From Candidatus Gottesmanbacteria bacterium RIFCSPHIGHO2_01_FULL_40_15 (GTDB lineage: Bacteria > Patescibacteriota > Microgenomatia > 2-02-FULL-39-11): a stretch of DNA of 64,000 nucleotides. The position numbers and the translations under genes are program-made. The notes under the pieces were generated by a model that had not been told where the DNA came from, did not search any database, and was given only the letters and a program-made list of their open reading frames with translations. Below are positions 9,811-19,492 of the stretch, in pieces. The stretch spans positions 33,142 to 97,141 of the forward strand of contig MFJF01000012.1 of NCBI GenBank assembly GCA_001779115.1, read 5' to 3'. Positions within the stretch are counted from its first letter, which is position 1; every line of letters begins with the position of its first letter.

Positions 9811-10605
9811 ATGAATCAGAATATTAATCTGACATTAAATCCTAAGAAAGAATCTGAAAAAATAGTTAAGTTTATCAGAGAAAGCGTTAACAAAGCCGGT
9901 TTTTCCAAAGCGGTGATCGGGTTATCCGGCGGAATTGATTCGGCCACCTCACTGGTTTTAGCGGTTAAAGCACTTGGAAGTCAAAACGTAATCGGAGCAA
10001 TTCTTCCATACGGTGACTGGCAGAAAGAAGCGCTTGACGATATTTTTGAGTTAACCGGCAATGTGAAATTACCCGAGAGAAATTTAATTAAAACAGATAT
10101 AAAAGGGGCAGTTGATGAGATTGTCGATCTTGATTCTTCAATAAATGAATTGAGAAAAGGGAATATTATAGTGAGGGTAAGAATGATAATTTTGTATGAC
10201 TTATCAAAAAAATACGGGGCATTAGTAATGGGCACTGAAAACAAGACAGAGTTTTTGCTTGGGTATTTTACCAGGTTCGGAGATGAAGCTTCCGATTTGG
10301 AACCGATCAGAGGGCTTTATAAAACTCAAGTACGGCGGTTGGCCGAATATTTAAAAGTGCCAACAAAAATAATCCGGAAAGCGCCTTCCGCCGGAATGTG
10401 GCCGGGACAAACGGATGAAGGGGAAATGGGATTCACTTATGAGAAAGCCGACAGCATATTATATTTATTTACCGATAAAAAATTAAGCAAAAATGAAATA
10501 ATATCCCGGGGATTTGACAGTGCAGTTGTTGAAAAAGTTTTAAAGAGATTGGAAGATAATGAATTCAAACATCAAATACCCTACATTATTGAGATTGAAA
10601 AATAG
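9811..10605 (+). CDS. nadE: NH3-dependent NAD+ synthetase
   Basis: 264 aa. It has the PP-loop SGGIDSA and conserved MGTENKTEFLLGYFTRFGD. Confidence 0.8.
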   Translation: MNQNINLTLNPKKESEKIVKFIRESVNKAGFSKAVIGLSGGIDSATSLVLAVKALGSQNVIGAILPYGDWQKEALDDIFELTGNVKLPERNLIKTDIKGAVDEIVDLDSSINELRKGNIIVRVRMIILYDLSKKYGALVMGTENKTEFLLGYFTRFGDEASDLEPIRGLYKTQVRRLAEYLKVPTKIIRKAPSAGMWPGQTDEGEMGFTYEKADSILYLFTDKKLSKNEIISRGFDSAVVEKVLKRLEDNEFKHQIPYIIEIEK

Positions 10606-10629
10606 AAAAACATCTATTAATATTGATAT

Positions 10630-12018
10630 ATGGCAGTACAGCTGAATTACATTGCACCTCCCGGCTGGAAGCCGGAAAATCCCGACCAGAATTTTGTCAT
10701 TGTCCAATATAAGATTGAACTTAATGATTTTGTTGACAAGAGCAAGTTTTTGGATGCGGCAGCATCGGTGGCGGCTGAATCATCGACCGGTACATGGACA
10801 AAAGTCGATGAAGGAGCGGATTCGGGAATTTTAAAGGCTGATTTGTATAAAGCGCTGGTTTTTGACATCGATGAGCCGAATTTCATCTTTAAAGTGGCGT
10901 ATAAAAAAGATCTGTTTGAGGAGGATAACATGTCCGGATTTCTGGCCGGTCCGGCGGGAAACATCGGCGGGATGAAGATGGTATCCGGTCTTCGGATGTT
11001 TGATATCCGCTTTCCTGAAGCAATGGTGAAAGCATTCCCAGGTCCGCGATATGGAATTGAGGGCGTAAGGGATCTTTTGGAACAGGATGAAAAATACAGG
11101 AAGATGCCGATTATGGGAACGGTTCCCAAGCCCAAAGTAGGCAGAAACTCACATGAGCAGGCAGAACTGGCCAGGAGGCTTTGGACTGCAGGGGACGGCA
11201 GTTATGACTTTATCAAAGATGATGAAAATTTAACCAGCCTTTCATTTAATAAATTTGAGGACAGGGCAAGACTGATACATGAAGTTCAGAGGGAACTTGA
11301 GGAAAAAGGGGGTAAAAAGAAATTATATTTGTGCAACTTAACCCATTCCAGTCTGGATATCATGATAGAGAGAGCAAATTTGATTAAGGAAACAGGCGGA
11401 AGATGCATGATGATTGACGTGGTAACGACCGGTCCGGCGGCTGTTCATACGATGAGACTGAAGAATCCGGAGCTGGTCATTCATGCACACCGGGCGATGC
11501 ATGCTTTTATCACCAGAGAGTCGGGTGAGGGCATTACCGGGAAGGGGAAACTTCAGGGTTTTTCCGTTTCCATGCTGACACTTTCTAAAATATTCAGACT
11601 TTTGGGTGTTGATTCGATTCACACAGGATCTCCCAAGGCGAAAATGGAGGATTACGGGGAGAGCGAGGAGATAGCCAAAGTATTGACACAGGATGAAGTT
11701 TCCCCAAATCCCAAGTTCCACAGTTTGGGACAGCGATGGTTCGGGACAAAAAGAGTGTGGCCGACAGCTTCGGGCGGGCTTCATCCAGGTGTAATAGATA
11801 CAGTGATCGGAAAGCTTGGGTCAGATTGTTACATACAGATGGGCGGGGGAGTTTTAGGGCATCCCCAGGGCATTCAAAGAGGTGTTGAAGCAGCCATTGA
11901 AGCGAGAGAAGCAGTCTATGAGGGTAAAAGCGTGAAGGAGTATGTTTCGGAAAATCCTGATTCGGCACTTGCTGTTGCGGTCGGTCTTTGGGGAACAGAA
12001 CCGAAGATTGTGTATTAG
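10630..12018 (+). CDS. ribulose-1,5-bisphosphate carboxylase/oxygenase large subunit, form II/III-like
   Basis: 462 aa. Motifs present: GTVPKPKVG (the KPK loop), DFIKDDENL (site of the carbamylated Lys), IHAHRAMHAF and GGGVLGHP. There is no small-subunit gene nearby. Confidence 0.85.
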   Translation: MAVQLNYIAPPGWKPENPDQNFVIVQYKIELNDFVDKSKFLDAAASVAAESSTGTWTKVDEGADSGILKADLYKALVFDIDEPNFIFKVAYKKDLFEEDNMSGFLAGPAGNIGGMKMVSGLRMFDIRFPEAMVKAFPGPRYGIEGVRDLLEQDEKYRKMPIMGTVPKPKVGRNSHEQAELARRLWTAGDGSYDFIKDDENLTSLSFNKFEDRARLIHEVQRELEEKGGKKKLYLCNLTHSSLDIMIERANLIKETGGRCMMIDVVTTGPAAVHTMRLKNPELVIHAHRAMHAFITRESGEGITGKGKLQGFSVSMLTLSKIFRLLGVDSIHTGSPKAKMEDYGESEEIAKVLTQDEVSPNPKFHSLGQRWFGTKRVWPTASGGLHPGVIDTVIGKLGSDCYIQMGGGVLGHPQGIQRGVEAAIEAREAVYEGKSVKEYVSENPDSALAVAVGLWGTEPKIVY

Positions 12019-12085
12019 TATTGAAATTTTAATAACAAACTAAATTCAATATCTTCAAATCAGAAATTCAGTAAATCTTAATAAT

Positions 12086-13231
12086 ATGCAGATTGAACAA
12101 GGTAATAAATTCCAAACAGAAGCAGATCAGTTTTCAGGGGATACGAAAGCAATTATGTTAATAACCCACACAGAACCAGTAAATGGAACAATAACTGCAT
12201 CTATGAAGAATACTGAGAAATCTAATACCTTATTAATTCCGGATAATATTCTTGTTACCGGAGGAGCCGGTTATATAGGCAGCATAGTAGTTGAGCAGTT
12301 GGCAAATGCGGGTAAGAAAGTTGTAGTTATTGACAACCTTTCAAACGGACACAGGGAAGCGATCATTCATCCTAATGTTGAGATGATTATGGCCGATATT
12401 TCAGATAAAGAGTTGTTGAAAAAAATAATGATAGAAAAAGGAACAGAAGCAGTGATGCATTTTGCCGCATTTATTGAAGCAGGCGAGAGCATGAAGAAGC
12501 CTGAAAAGTATTTCCGAAATAATACGGCGGGAAGTTTAAGTTTACTGGAAGCAATGAAAGAGACTGATGTAAGCACTATCGTATTTTCTTCAACAGCAGC
12601 GGTTTACGGCAATCCCCAACTGACACCCATTACTGAGGATATGCCATTAATGCCTATAAATGTATATGGAGAGTCAAAATTAATGGTGGAGAGATTATTG
12701 TCATGGTTTAATGAAATATACGGATTGAAATACGCAGCATTGAGATACTTTAATGCCTGCGGAGCAACCGAAAAATTAGGAGAAAGGCATCAGCCTGAAA
12801 CTCACCTAATTCCGCTGGCTATTGAGGCGGTGTTGGGTCAAAGACCGAAACTATTTCTTTACGGAACTGATTATCCTACACATGACGGGACCTGTATAAG
12901 AGACTATATTCATGTTTCCGATTTAGCTTCGGCTCATCTACTGGCACTGGAAAAGTTAAATCAGAGCAACGGGAGGCTTATTTATAATTTGGGCAACCAA
13001 ACCGGCTTTTCCAATCGAGAAGTTATAGATGCTGTAAGTAATATTGTCGGTAAGAAAGTGCCTATTGAAGAAACAGAAAGGAGACCGGGTGATCCGCCAA
13101 TCCTTATTGCCAGTTCGGAAAAGATTAAAAAAGAATTAGGGTGGAAACCGGCATATACAAGTCTTGAAGATATAATTCAATCCGCATATTTATGGAGGAT
13201 AAACCATCCCCATGGATATACCTCTGAATAA
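12086..13231 (+). CDS. galE: UDP-glucose 4-epimerase (the true start may be internal, near 12203)
   Basis: Rossmann VTGGAGYIGS motif, a YGESK catalytic Tyr-x3-Lys region, and overall GalE length after about 40 aa of N-terminal extension. Confidence 0.8.
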   Translation: MQIEQGNKFQTEADQFSGDTKAIMLITHTEPVNGTITASMKNTEKSNTLLIPDNILVTGGAGYIGSIVVEQLANAGKKVVVIDNLSNGHREAIIHPNVEMIMADISDKELLKKIMIEKGTEAVMHFAAFIEAGESMKKPEKYFRNNTAGSLSLLEAMKETDVSTIVFSSTAAVYGNPQLTPITEDMPLMPINVYGESKLMVERLLSWFNEIYGLKYAALRYFNACGATEKLGERHQPETHLIPLAIEAVLGQRPKLFLYGTDYPTHDGTCIRDYIHVSDLASAHLLALEKLNQSNGRLIYNLGNQTGFSNREVIDAVSNIVGKKVPIEETERRPGDPPILIASSEKIKKELGWKPAYTSLEDIIQSAYLWRINHPHGYTSE

Positions 13232-13264
13232 TTTCCGGAAGTCATACTGTTATAATTATCAGTC

Positions 13265-14065
13265 ATGGAGAATAACGAAAAACTGGTAAAATCGGCACGA
13301 AATTTTCTTCTGGACCTTCTTCCATCGGCCGGACAAATTGTCAGGAGATATCTGCATGCGGAAGAGTTACCCAGCAAGAAAAAAGGCGTGCATGATTTTG
13401 TTACGGCAGCAGATCTGGCTGTTGATAAATTTTTACAGGAACATTTGAATTATAATTTTTCAAAAATACCCATACTTTCGGAAGAAACTTTCGAGGACAA
13501 CTTGGAGGATTATAAAAATATGAATCTGCTTTTTATTATAGATCCGCTTGACGGAACATCCAATTTTGCCCGGGGCGATGATAACTTCTGTATCAGTGTA
13601 GCCTTAGCAGAAAGAGGCGAACCGCTTTTGGGGGTGATATTCCAGCCAATTTCCAGCCGGCTTTTTTGGACTACTTACCGGGATCAAAAAGCATTTTGGA
13701 ACGGCCGGAGTATAAGAGTTTCCGATATATCAGAACTAAATAAGGCTGTTGTCTGTACTGACTGGTCACATATCATGGAAACAAGAGAGGAGACAACGCA
13801 ATTTTTAAGAAAAATATTCGGAAAAGTAAGACAGATAAAAATTTTGGGTAGCGCGGCATCAGATATAACTTTATTGGCAAGGGGAGGAGTTGATATATAC
13901 CACCATGTTAGACTTTTTCCCTGGGATGTGGCGGCAGCGGGACTTATAGCCCAAAAAGCAGGAGCTTTAGTTACTGAAATTGACGGAAGCAAGTGGAACG
14001 TGTTTTCGGAAAGCATTCTGGCGGCAAACCCGGAGTTGCATAAGAAAACATTGAAGATCTTATGA
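13265..14065 (+). CDS. inositol monophosphatase / FBPase family protein
   Basis: 266 aa. The IIDPLDGTSNF and WDVAAAGLI motifs match the IMPase metal-binding signatures. Confidence 0.7.
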   Translation: MENNEKLVKSARNFLLDLLPSAGQIVRRYLHAEELPSKKKGVHDFVTAADLAVDKFLQEHLNYNFSKIPILSEETFEDNLEDYKNMNLLFIIDPLDGTSNFARGDDNFCISVALAERGEPLLGVIFQPISSRLFWTTYRDQKAFWNGRSIRVSDISELNKAVVCTDWSHIMETREETTQFLRKIFGKVRQIKILGSAASDITLLARGGVDIYHHVRLFPWDVAAAGLIAQKAGALVTEIDGSKWNVFSESILAANPELHKKTLKIL

Positions 14066-15106
14066 TTTTATATACTTTCTTAATTCTGAAGCAGCTTGTT
14101 CCGGAGTAATATCCCTTTGGGGTTGAGCCAGCATTTCATATCCGACCATAAATTTTTTTACCGTTGCAGAACGAAGCAAGGGCGGATAATAATGAGCATG
14201 AAGCTGCCAATACCCATTATTTTTAACATTAAAAGGGGCAAAATGCCAACCCATAGAGTAGGGCATGGATATATTAAACAAGCGATCATAGGAAAGTAAA
14301 AGATTTTTTGTTATTTCCGCTAACTCTCTTTTTTCCTCAGCAGATATTAAAGTAAATTGGCTCCGATTAGTTTTCGGAAGAAGAAGAGTTTCGTAAGGCC
14401 AAATTGCCCAGAACGGAACAACAACTATCCAAGAATAATTTTCAGTCACAACCCGCTCTTTTTTATCCAGTTCCTTTTTTACATAGTCCACTAGAAGGAC
14501 TGAATCATTTTTTTCAAAATATTTTTTCTGCTGAATATCTTCTTTTGAAACTTCATTGGGAATAAAATTACTTGCCCAGATTTGACAATGCGGATGAGGA
14601 TTGGAACAACCCATAAGCTCTCCTTTATTTTCGAAGATCTGTACCCAATTATATTTATGTTTAAATTCCTCTATTTGACTGATCCAGGTCAATATCACAT
14701 CCTGAATTTGATCATCAGTCATTTCGGAGAGGGTCAGATCATGACGGGGTGAAAAGCAGACTACCCGGCATTCTCCTTTTATCGCGGCAGCTTGCAATAT
14801 GCCTGAATTATTAATTATTGATTCTTTTTGTCCGGTATCGACAATCGGAGGAAAATCATTTCGGAAGACAAAAGTGTTTTTATAGCGGGGATTTTTTTCT
14901 CTATTGGCTCTTATATTTCCGGGGCACATATAACAAGAAGGATCGTATATCAGTTTTTTTTCTTTTTGAATTTTTTCATACTTGCCCTGCCAGGGTCGTT
15001 TTGTCCTTTGGGGAGAGACAAGAACCCACTCGTTAATCAAAGGATTATAGCGCCGGTGGGGTTGGGATAGAAACATAAGGTAATTGTATACTATTACGGA
15101 TTTCAA
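14060..15106 (-). CDS. galT: galactose-1-phosphate uridylyltransferase
   Basis: 348 aa. CYMCPGN zinc site and the HPHCQIW active-site motif of the HIT-like GalT family. Confidence 0.8.
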   Translation of the reverse strand: MKSVIVYNYLMFLSQPHRRYNPLINEWVLVSPQRTKRPWQGKYEKIQKEKKLIYDPSCYMCPGNIRANREKNPRYKNTFVFRNDFPPIVDTGQKESIINNSGILQAAAIKGECRVVCFSPRHDLTLSEMTDDQIQDVILTWISQIEEFKHKYNWVQIFENKGELMGCSNPHPHCQIWASNFIPNEVSKEDIQQKKYFEKNDSVLLVDYVKKELDKKERVVTENYSWIVVVPFWAIWPYETLLLPKTNRSQFTLISAEEKRELAEITKNLLLSYDRLFNISMPYSMGWHFAPFNVKNNGYWQLHAHYYPPLLRSATVKKFMVGYEMLAQPQRDITPEQAASELRKYIKS

Positions 15107-15143
15107 TAAAGAATTTGAAAATTAAGTTTAGATTAAAGAGTAT

Positions 15144-16376
15144 TTATTTATTAGGAATTATTTTGAAAAGCTCTGTCCAGAAGTTATTATTTTTCCAAAA
15201 ATCTTCAAAAACTTGGGTGGTTTTTTGGGATATGTTTTGAAAATTTTGTTTATCATTAACATAATGTTGCAGTTTGTCCATATAATTAGGATCATCATAT
15301 GGGATTTGGAAACAGATACCCATTTTTTCTGCCTGTTGAGCGGCATTATCTTCATCCATGTAATTTCGGGGAACTACAGAAGTAATTGCAGGTTCACCAA
15401 TTAATGACAAATCTGCCTGATTGTCGCAGTTGGTGGCACGACAGATATTGACATCAGCAGCTTTTTTAATTAAAGGATCAAGAGTGAGGTCCAGACCGTT
15501 GGCGGCAATTGTTTTTACTTTTTTACACATTTTAGTGATCGGATCAGAAATAAATTTAGTTTTTTGCTGCATTAAATATAGAAGAACTTTTCCCGGATAA
15601 TTAGTTTCAAAGGCAGCTATTAGTTTAAAAAGGAAGAAAAGAGATGGCTCAATTTCATTTTGGGCCATATAATCCGCCATTTGATGACCCCAGGGATCGG
15701 TATATCCTATGTTATTCGGACCGAAATTAAACGGATCAATATAAGCATCTGACAAATTCAGATAAACCATCAAATCATATTCGTGATCTTCGATATCGGG
15801 ATATTTTTCGGCAATAATTTTACGAAAATACTCCTTAGGTTTATTTCTCACTTTTCTCATCTCCTTAACTCTTTTGTAAGGATACGGTTGGGTGACGACC
15901 TTAATATTTGGAAGTATTTCGTTTTTGGGGGCTTTCCAGTTAAACCACGTAGTCATCAAGAATAACTTTGAATTGGCGTAAACTTCTTTTATAAACGGAG
16001 CAGGGTAACTGTCATAGTGGATAGGTATGCCTCCGTCTACCATAATATATGGAGTTTTTCTTTTATAAGCTACATACGGCCAATATGTACGCCAGCCCAT
16101 AGAAACCATAATGTCAAATTTGACATCTTTTAATCCCTGTTCACATTTACGGTAAATTTCTTCTTTGCTATCAAAAGGATTTAAATTAATGGTAATATCA
16201 GTTTTAAGACGGAGCTCATTAAGCTTATACTTATACATGCTGTTTGTGGCAACTATGACAGGAAAGCCACGAGCAGTCATCTCATCATAAAACCAGGAAC
16301 ACATTTTAGAACCTCCCCGACCGTCTACGAAACCGGAAGCTAAGAGTACCGTAGGTTTATTCATCAATTTATACAA
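15144..16376 (-). CDS. GT-B fold glycosyltransferase-like protein (MurG/GT28-like C-terminal domain)
   Basis: 410 aa. The C-terminal segment KKAADVNICRATNCDNQADLSLIGEPAITSVVP...NAAQQAEKMG resembles the MurG/GT28 donor-binding domain. The N-terminal half is not assignable. Confidence 0.4.
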   Translation of the reverse strand: MYKLMNKPTVLLASGFVDGRGGSKMCSWFYDEMTARGFPVIVATNSMYKYKLNELRLKTDITINLNPFDSKEEIYRKCEQGLKDVKFDIMVSMGWRTYWPYVAYKRKTPYIMVDGGIPIHYDSYPAPFIKEVYANSKLFLMTTWFNWKAPKNEILPNIKVVTQPYPYKRVKEMRKVRNKPKEYFRKIIAEKYPDIEDHEYDLMVYLNLSDAYIDPFNFGPNNIGYTDPWGHQMADYMAQNEIEPSLFFLFKLIAAFETNYPGKVLLYLMQQKTKFISDPITKMCKKVKTIAANGLDLTLDPLIKKAADVNICRATNCDNQADLSLIGEPAITSVVPRNYMDEDNAAQQAEKMGICFQIPYDDPNYMDKLQHYVNDKQNFQNISQKTTQVFEDFWKNNNFWTELFKIIPNK

Positions 16377-16464
16377 TATCTGTTAAACAATCAATCATAC
16401 ATTATCATACGAAAATTGGTTTTGTCAATTCAATAATAAGTGATTTTTTGACTTCAACAATGAT

Positions 16465-18081
16465 TTATTTTGAGTGATTACTTTTGAAGACTGTATTTTC
16501 ATTAGGAAAGCCGGGAATGGGAATTCCAGAAATGTGTCCGACAACAGAAAAGAAATTAGTTCCCGGATTCATATGTTCCTGAAGGAAATAAGTATCGGCA
16601 AGGTCAACAAGAGATGCTGACTCACCGGGATCATTGATAATTCCGGTGATCCGATCGGCCAGTTTTTCAGGAGATACACCGACTTCATATTGACGAAGGC
16701 CTCTAATATACGCACCTTTATCCATTTTTTGAGTATCCATATATCCATTACCTGGCATTGTAAGAATAATTTGGGGAACACCAGCTATTACACCTTCAGC
16801 AGATGTATTTGCCTGAGTAGTGCGATGAATGCTTACATCAGCAGCCCTGTGATACAATCCGTATTCCGATTGAGGGAAACGGGGAGCCCGTACAAGTAAT
16901 ACTTTTCCAGAATTTTTATGATCACCTAATTCTTCAACGTAAGGAATTCTTAATGAGTTTATATAATTAACAAAATTCTCCACACCGGATAGTATGATCG
17001 GTCTTTTTACCTTATCTGAAGTTAATAAAAGAGAATTTACCAGAGTACGACTACCAGTAATAACATCATTAAATTGATCTTCAGTCATCCACTTGCCGAT
17101 ACTATCAGGATTGAAATATCCAGAACTGGCAATTAAAGGAATAAAGACAGCATCTTCTGTTAATAAACCTTGAGCAAATTGAGGATTTTTCGATGCTGTG
17201 AGTGCGATTAATTTTTCTCGTGCTTCTTCTTTACTGACCTGTCTCCATTGTTGCCATCTCCTGATATATTCCGGTGTAAAGGGGAATGAACTAGATGCAC
17301 TTAATGTACCTTTAGGCGCTCTATTTCTTACCCATTTGATATTAAAATCAAGCCAATTATTGGTTATAAGCCAAACTTCAAGATTTTCATCACTTTCATA
17401 ACTTTTGGGATAAAACCGATCGATCGGATGACCATTTATTTTATCTAATATCTCACTCGGTTTATCCGTATCAGGAAGTGAACTGTCTTGTATTATTAGC
17501 TTGGCATTAATATTAAAGCCATTTTTATTAGCAATTACCAATGCTTCTTTAAAACCATAAGGAACAAATCCTGTATATCCTGTGCTGACAGCAATAATTT
17601 TTTTTACTCCTTTTTGACCTAATATATTGACAGTTTCAATTAATCCGTTTGTAACGTCATCGTATTTTTCTTGAATAGAAGCAGAATTTGAGGGTATGGA
17701 TGTTAGTTGATCAGGCAGCGAGCCTGTCCAATCACTTTCAGCAATATCAGATCCGTTATAATCCGGTCCTACGTAGTAAATTGGTTTACCTAAATATTGA
17801 GCGATTCTTTTAAGACCCTCAGAAGCTTGAAGTGCCTGAGTAGTTGGACCGTCACCAGCAACGCTTGAAGCATTTATATAGAGAAAAACATCAGGTGGTT
17901 CACCGCTAAAACCCGATTCAACCCTGCCTATACGAAAATCAGAAGGACGAATTACAGTAGGCTTGTCTTTTGAGAGTGTAATATATTCAAAATTTTGCGG
18001 AACCGGTTTCGGTATTAATTCCCCTTTTTGACCAATAAGTTGAGGTGTGATAGAGATATCTTCTTTTCCAGCTAATTTCAT
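16465..18081 (-). CDS. hypothetical protein with a GT-B-like C-terminal Rossmann domain
   Basis: 538 aa. The C-terminal KVLLVRAP...LYHRAADVSIHRTT...SAEGVIAGVPQIIL resembles the GT1/GT4 sugar-donor domain. The N-terminal region is unassigned. Confidence 0.3.
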   Translation of the reverse strand: MKLAGKEDISITPQLIGQKGELIPKPVPQNFEYITLSKDKPTVIRPSDFRIGRVESGFSGEPPDVFLYINASSVAGDGPTTQALQASEGLKRIAQYLGKPIYYVGPDYNGSDIAESDWTGSLPDQLTSIPSNSASIQEKYDDVTNGLIETVNILGQKGVKKIIAVSTGYTGFVPYGFKEALVIANKNGFNINAKLIIQDSSLPDTDKPSEILDKINGHPIDRFYPKSYESDENLEVWLITNNWLDFNIKWVRNRAPKGTLSASSSFPFTPEYIRRWQQWRQVSKEEAREKLIALTASKNPQFAQGLLTEDAVFIPLIASSGYFNPDSIGKWMTEDQFNDVITGSRTLVNSLLLTSDKVKRPIILSGVENFVNYINSLRIPYVEELGDHKNSGKVLLVRAPRFPQSEYGLYHRAADVSIHRTTQANTSAEGVIAGVPQIILTMPGNGYMDTQKMDKGAYIRGLRQYEVGVSPEKLADRITGIINDPGESASLVDLADTYFLQEHMNPGTNFFSVVGHISGIPIPGFPNENTVFKSNHSK

Positions 18082-18178
18082 ATTTAAACAGGTTTATTAT
18101 CCCAGCTTATAATGAAATAATAAAAAGCATGGTTTTATCCACGCTTAATTATCATACTTTATCATACTATGTATAATA

Positions 18179-19432
18179 ATGTCAATGAAGGGAAAAAAGT
18201 TTAGCCAGCATACTTCTAATAGTTTTTTTGAAACTAAAATGGATTTCCTAATTCCAATTATTCCCAATAATAAATTAGAAATATTTTCAAAAATATTCAG
18301 AAATGAAATAATCGCTGCTTTACATAACCAACCTACATCGTTACCAGTTATTTTGAACCCGATACATAAAATGATATCAAGACCCGGTTTAGGTGTTGCA
18401 GTTTCAGTCGGTGGTACGAACGGTTATGCATCAGCTTTCAGAATCACACAAAAAGGGATAATTACATTTATAAACCGAAAAAAATTCTCCATTCCGAAAA
18501 TAATTGATAAAAACAAGTTATTTCATCTTATTTCTGAAAACATTCTGTCAGTTATCGGTAAAGAAAAAAATTTCACCATTGGCATCGGTTTAGCATATCC
18601 TCTGAAGCCGCATTTATATCAGGGTTTTATTGACGGTGAACTGCTTTATATGACTAAAGGAAGAAACATTAAAAATCTGGCAGGTAAAAGAGTCGGACAG
18701 GAATTCCATAAATTTATACTCAAAGAGTACAACTTGGATAATAAGGTAGCTGTAGCTAATGATGTAATTTGCCTTTTATTAGGAGGTGAAAATATTGAAA
18801 TTGCCGGTATAGTCGGTACAGGATTAAATTTTGCATATTGGGAAAAGCGGGCAAATATTGCTCCTTTGAAACTTAATCATCTTCCCGGATTCGGTCAGAG
18901 GGAGGTGGCGGTTAATATCGAATCCCAAAATTTTAATAAACTGCCTGAAACTAAATTAAGAAGAACAGTTGATAAGTATAGCAGTGATCCCGGAAAGTCT
19001 TTGGCTGAGAAAGAAGCTGCCGGGGCATATTTATACCAGATTTTTAATGCGGGAAAGGATAAATTATTGGGTACTGACTTTCCGAAACTGACTTCAACTG
19101 ACCAGTTGAACGACATTATAAGAGGAGCCTTTAGGAATGAAAATCCAAATTTTAAAATCCAAATTCCAAAAGCTAGAGCATTTGCGGAAAGAATACTTCA
19201 CCGGAGTGCGCAGATTACGGCGATAGAACTTTGCGGAATCATGATGAAACTGGGCAAAACTAAAGGTGCAGTGCCTGTTGTGATGGAGGGCGGAATTTTT
19301 TGGAAAGCGCATAATTATCATGCCCTGGTTAACCTTTATGTAAACATGATTCTTCCCGAGGTAATTCCATCATTTGCCCGACTGTTCGGATCTTCAAGAA
19401 GAGGTATTGCCATTTTGGCAAGAGGAATGTGA
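18179..19432 (+). CDS. hexokinase-family sugar kinase
   Basis: 417 aa with the following matches to hexokinase signatures:
- VSVGGTNGYASAF (hexokinase LDLGGTNFRV)
- GIGLAYPLK (LGFTFSFP)
- VAVANDVICLL (VAxVNDTVGTL)
- GIVGTGLNFAYWE (GxIVGTGxNACYME)
- The C-terminal VVMEGGIFWKAHNYH (VDGSLYKxHP). Confidence 0.55.
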   Translation: MSMKGKKFSQHTSNSFFETKMDFLIPIIPNNKLEIFSKIFRNEIIAALHNQPTSLPVILNPIHKMISRPGLGVAVSVGGTNGYASAFRITQKGIITFINRKKFSIPKIIDKNKLFHLISENILSVIGKEKNFTIGIGLAYPLKPHLYQGFIDGELLYMTKGRNIKNLAGKRVGQEFHKFILKEYNLDNKVAVANDVICLLLGGENIEIAGIVGTGLNFAYWEKRANIAPLKLNHLPGFGQREVAVNIESQNFNKLPETKLRRTVDKYSSDPGKSLAEKEAAGAYLYQIFNAGKDKLLGTDFPKLTSTDQLNDIIRGAFRNENPNFKIQIPKARAFAERILHRSAQITAIELCGIMMKLGKTKGAVPVVMEGGIFWKAHNYHALVNLYVNMILPEVIPSFARLFGSSRRGIAILARGM

Positions 19433-19492
19433 TAGGCCAACCAGCGGATTGGGTTGACCATACAACCTTTTTCCCCGTAATATAGATATAGC

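Noticed and set aside
12086-12202. Possible independent small gene or regulatory leader in the ~40-codon N-terminal extension of galE.
   Set aside because: It is in frame with galE with no intervening stop. Most likely simple start-codon over-extension.
488-16781. Numerous 60-160 aa ORFs nested within or antisense to confident genes. Examples: 488..796, 1530..1841, 10647..11135, 11338..11784, 11594..11968, 13684..14016, 16569..16781.
   Set aside because: They overlap well-supported genes (VirB4-like, RuBisCO, IMPase and others), lack motifs, and are typical shadow ORFs.
18130-18150. TTATCCACG DnaA-box-like 9-mer between the GT-B-like gene and the hexokinase-like gene.
   Set aside because: A single near-match far from dnaA. 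Expected by chance in AT-rich intergenic DNA.
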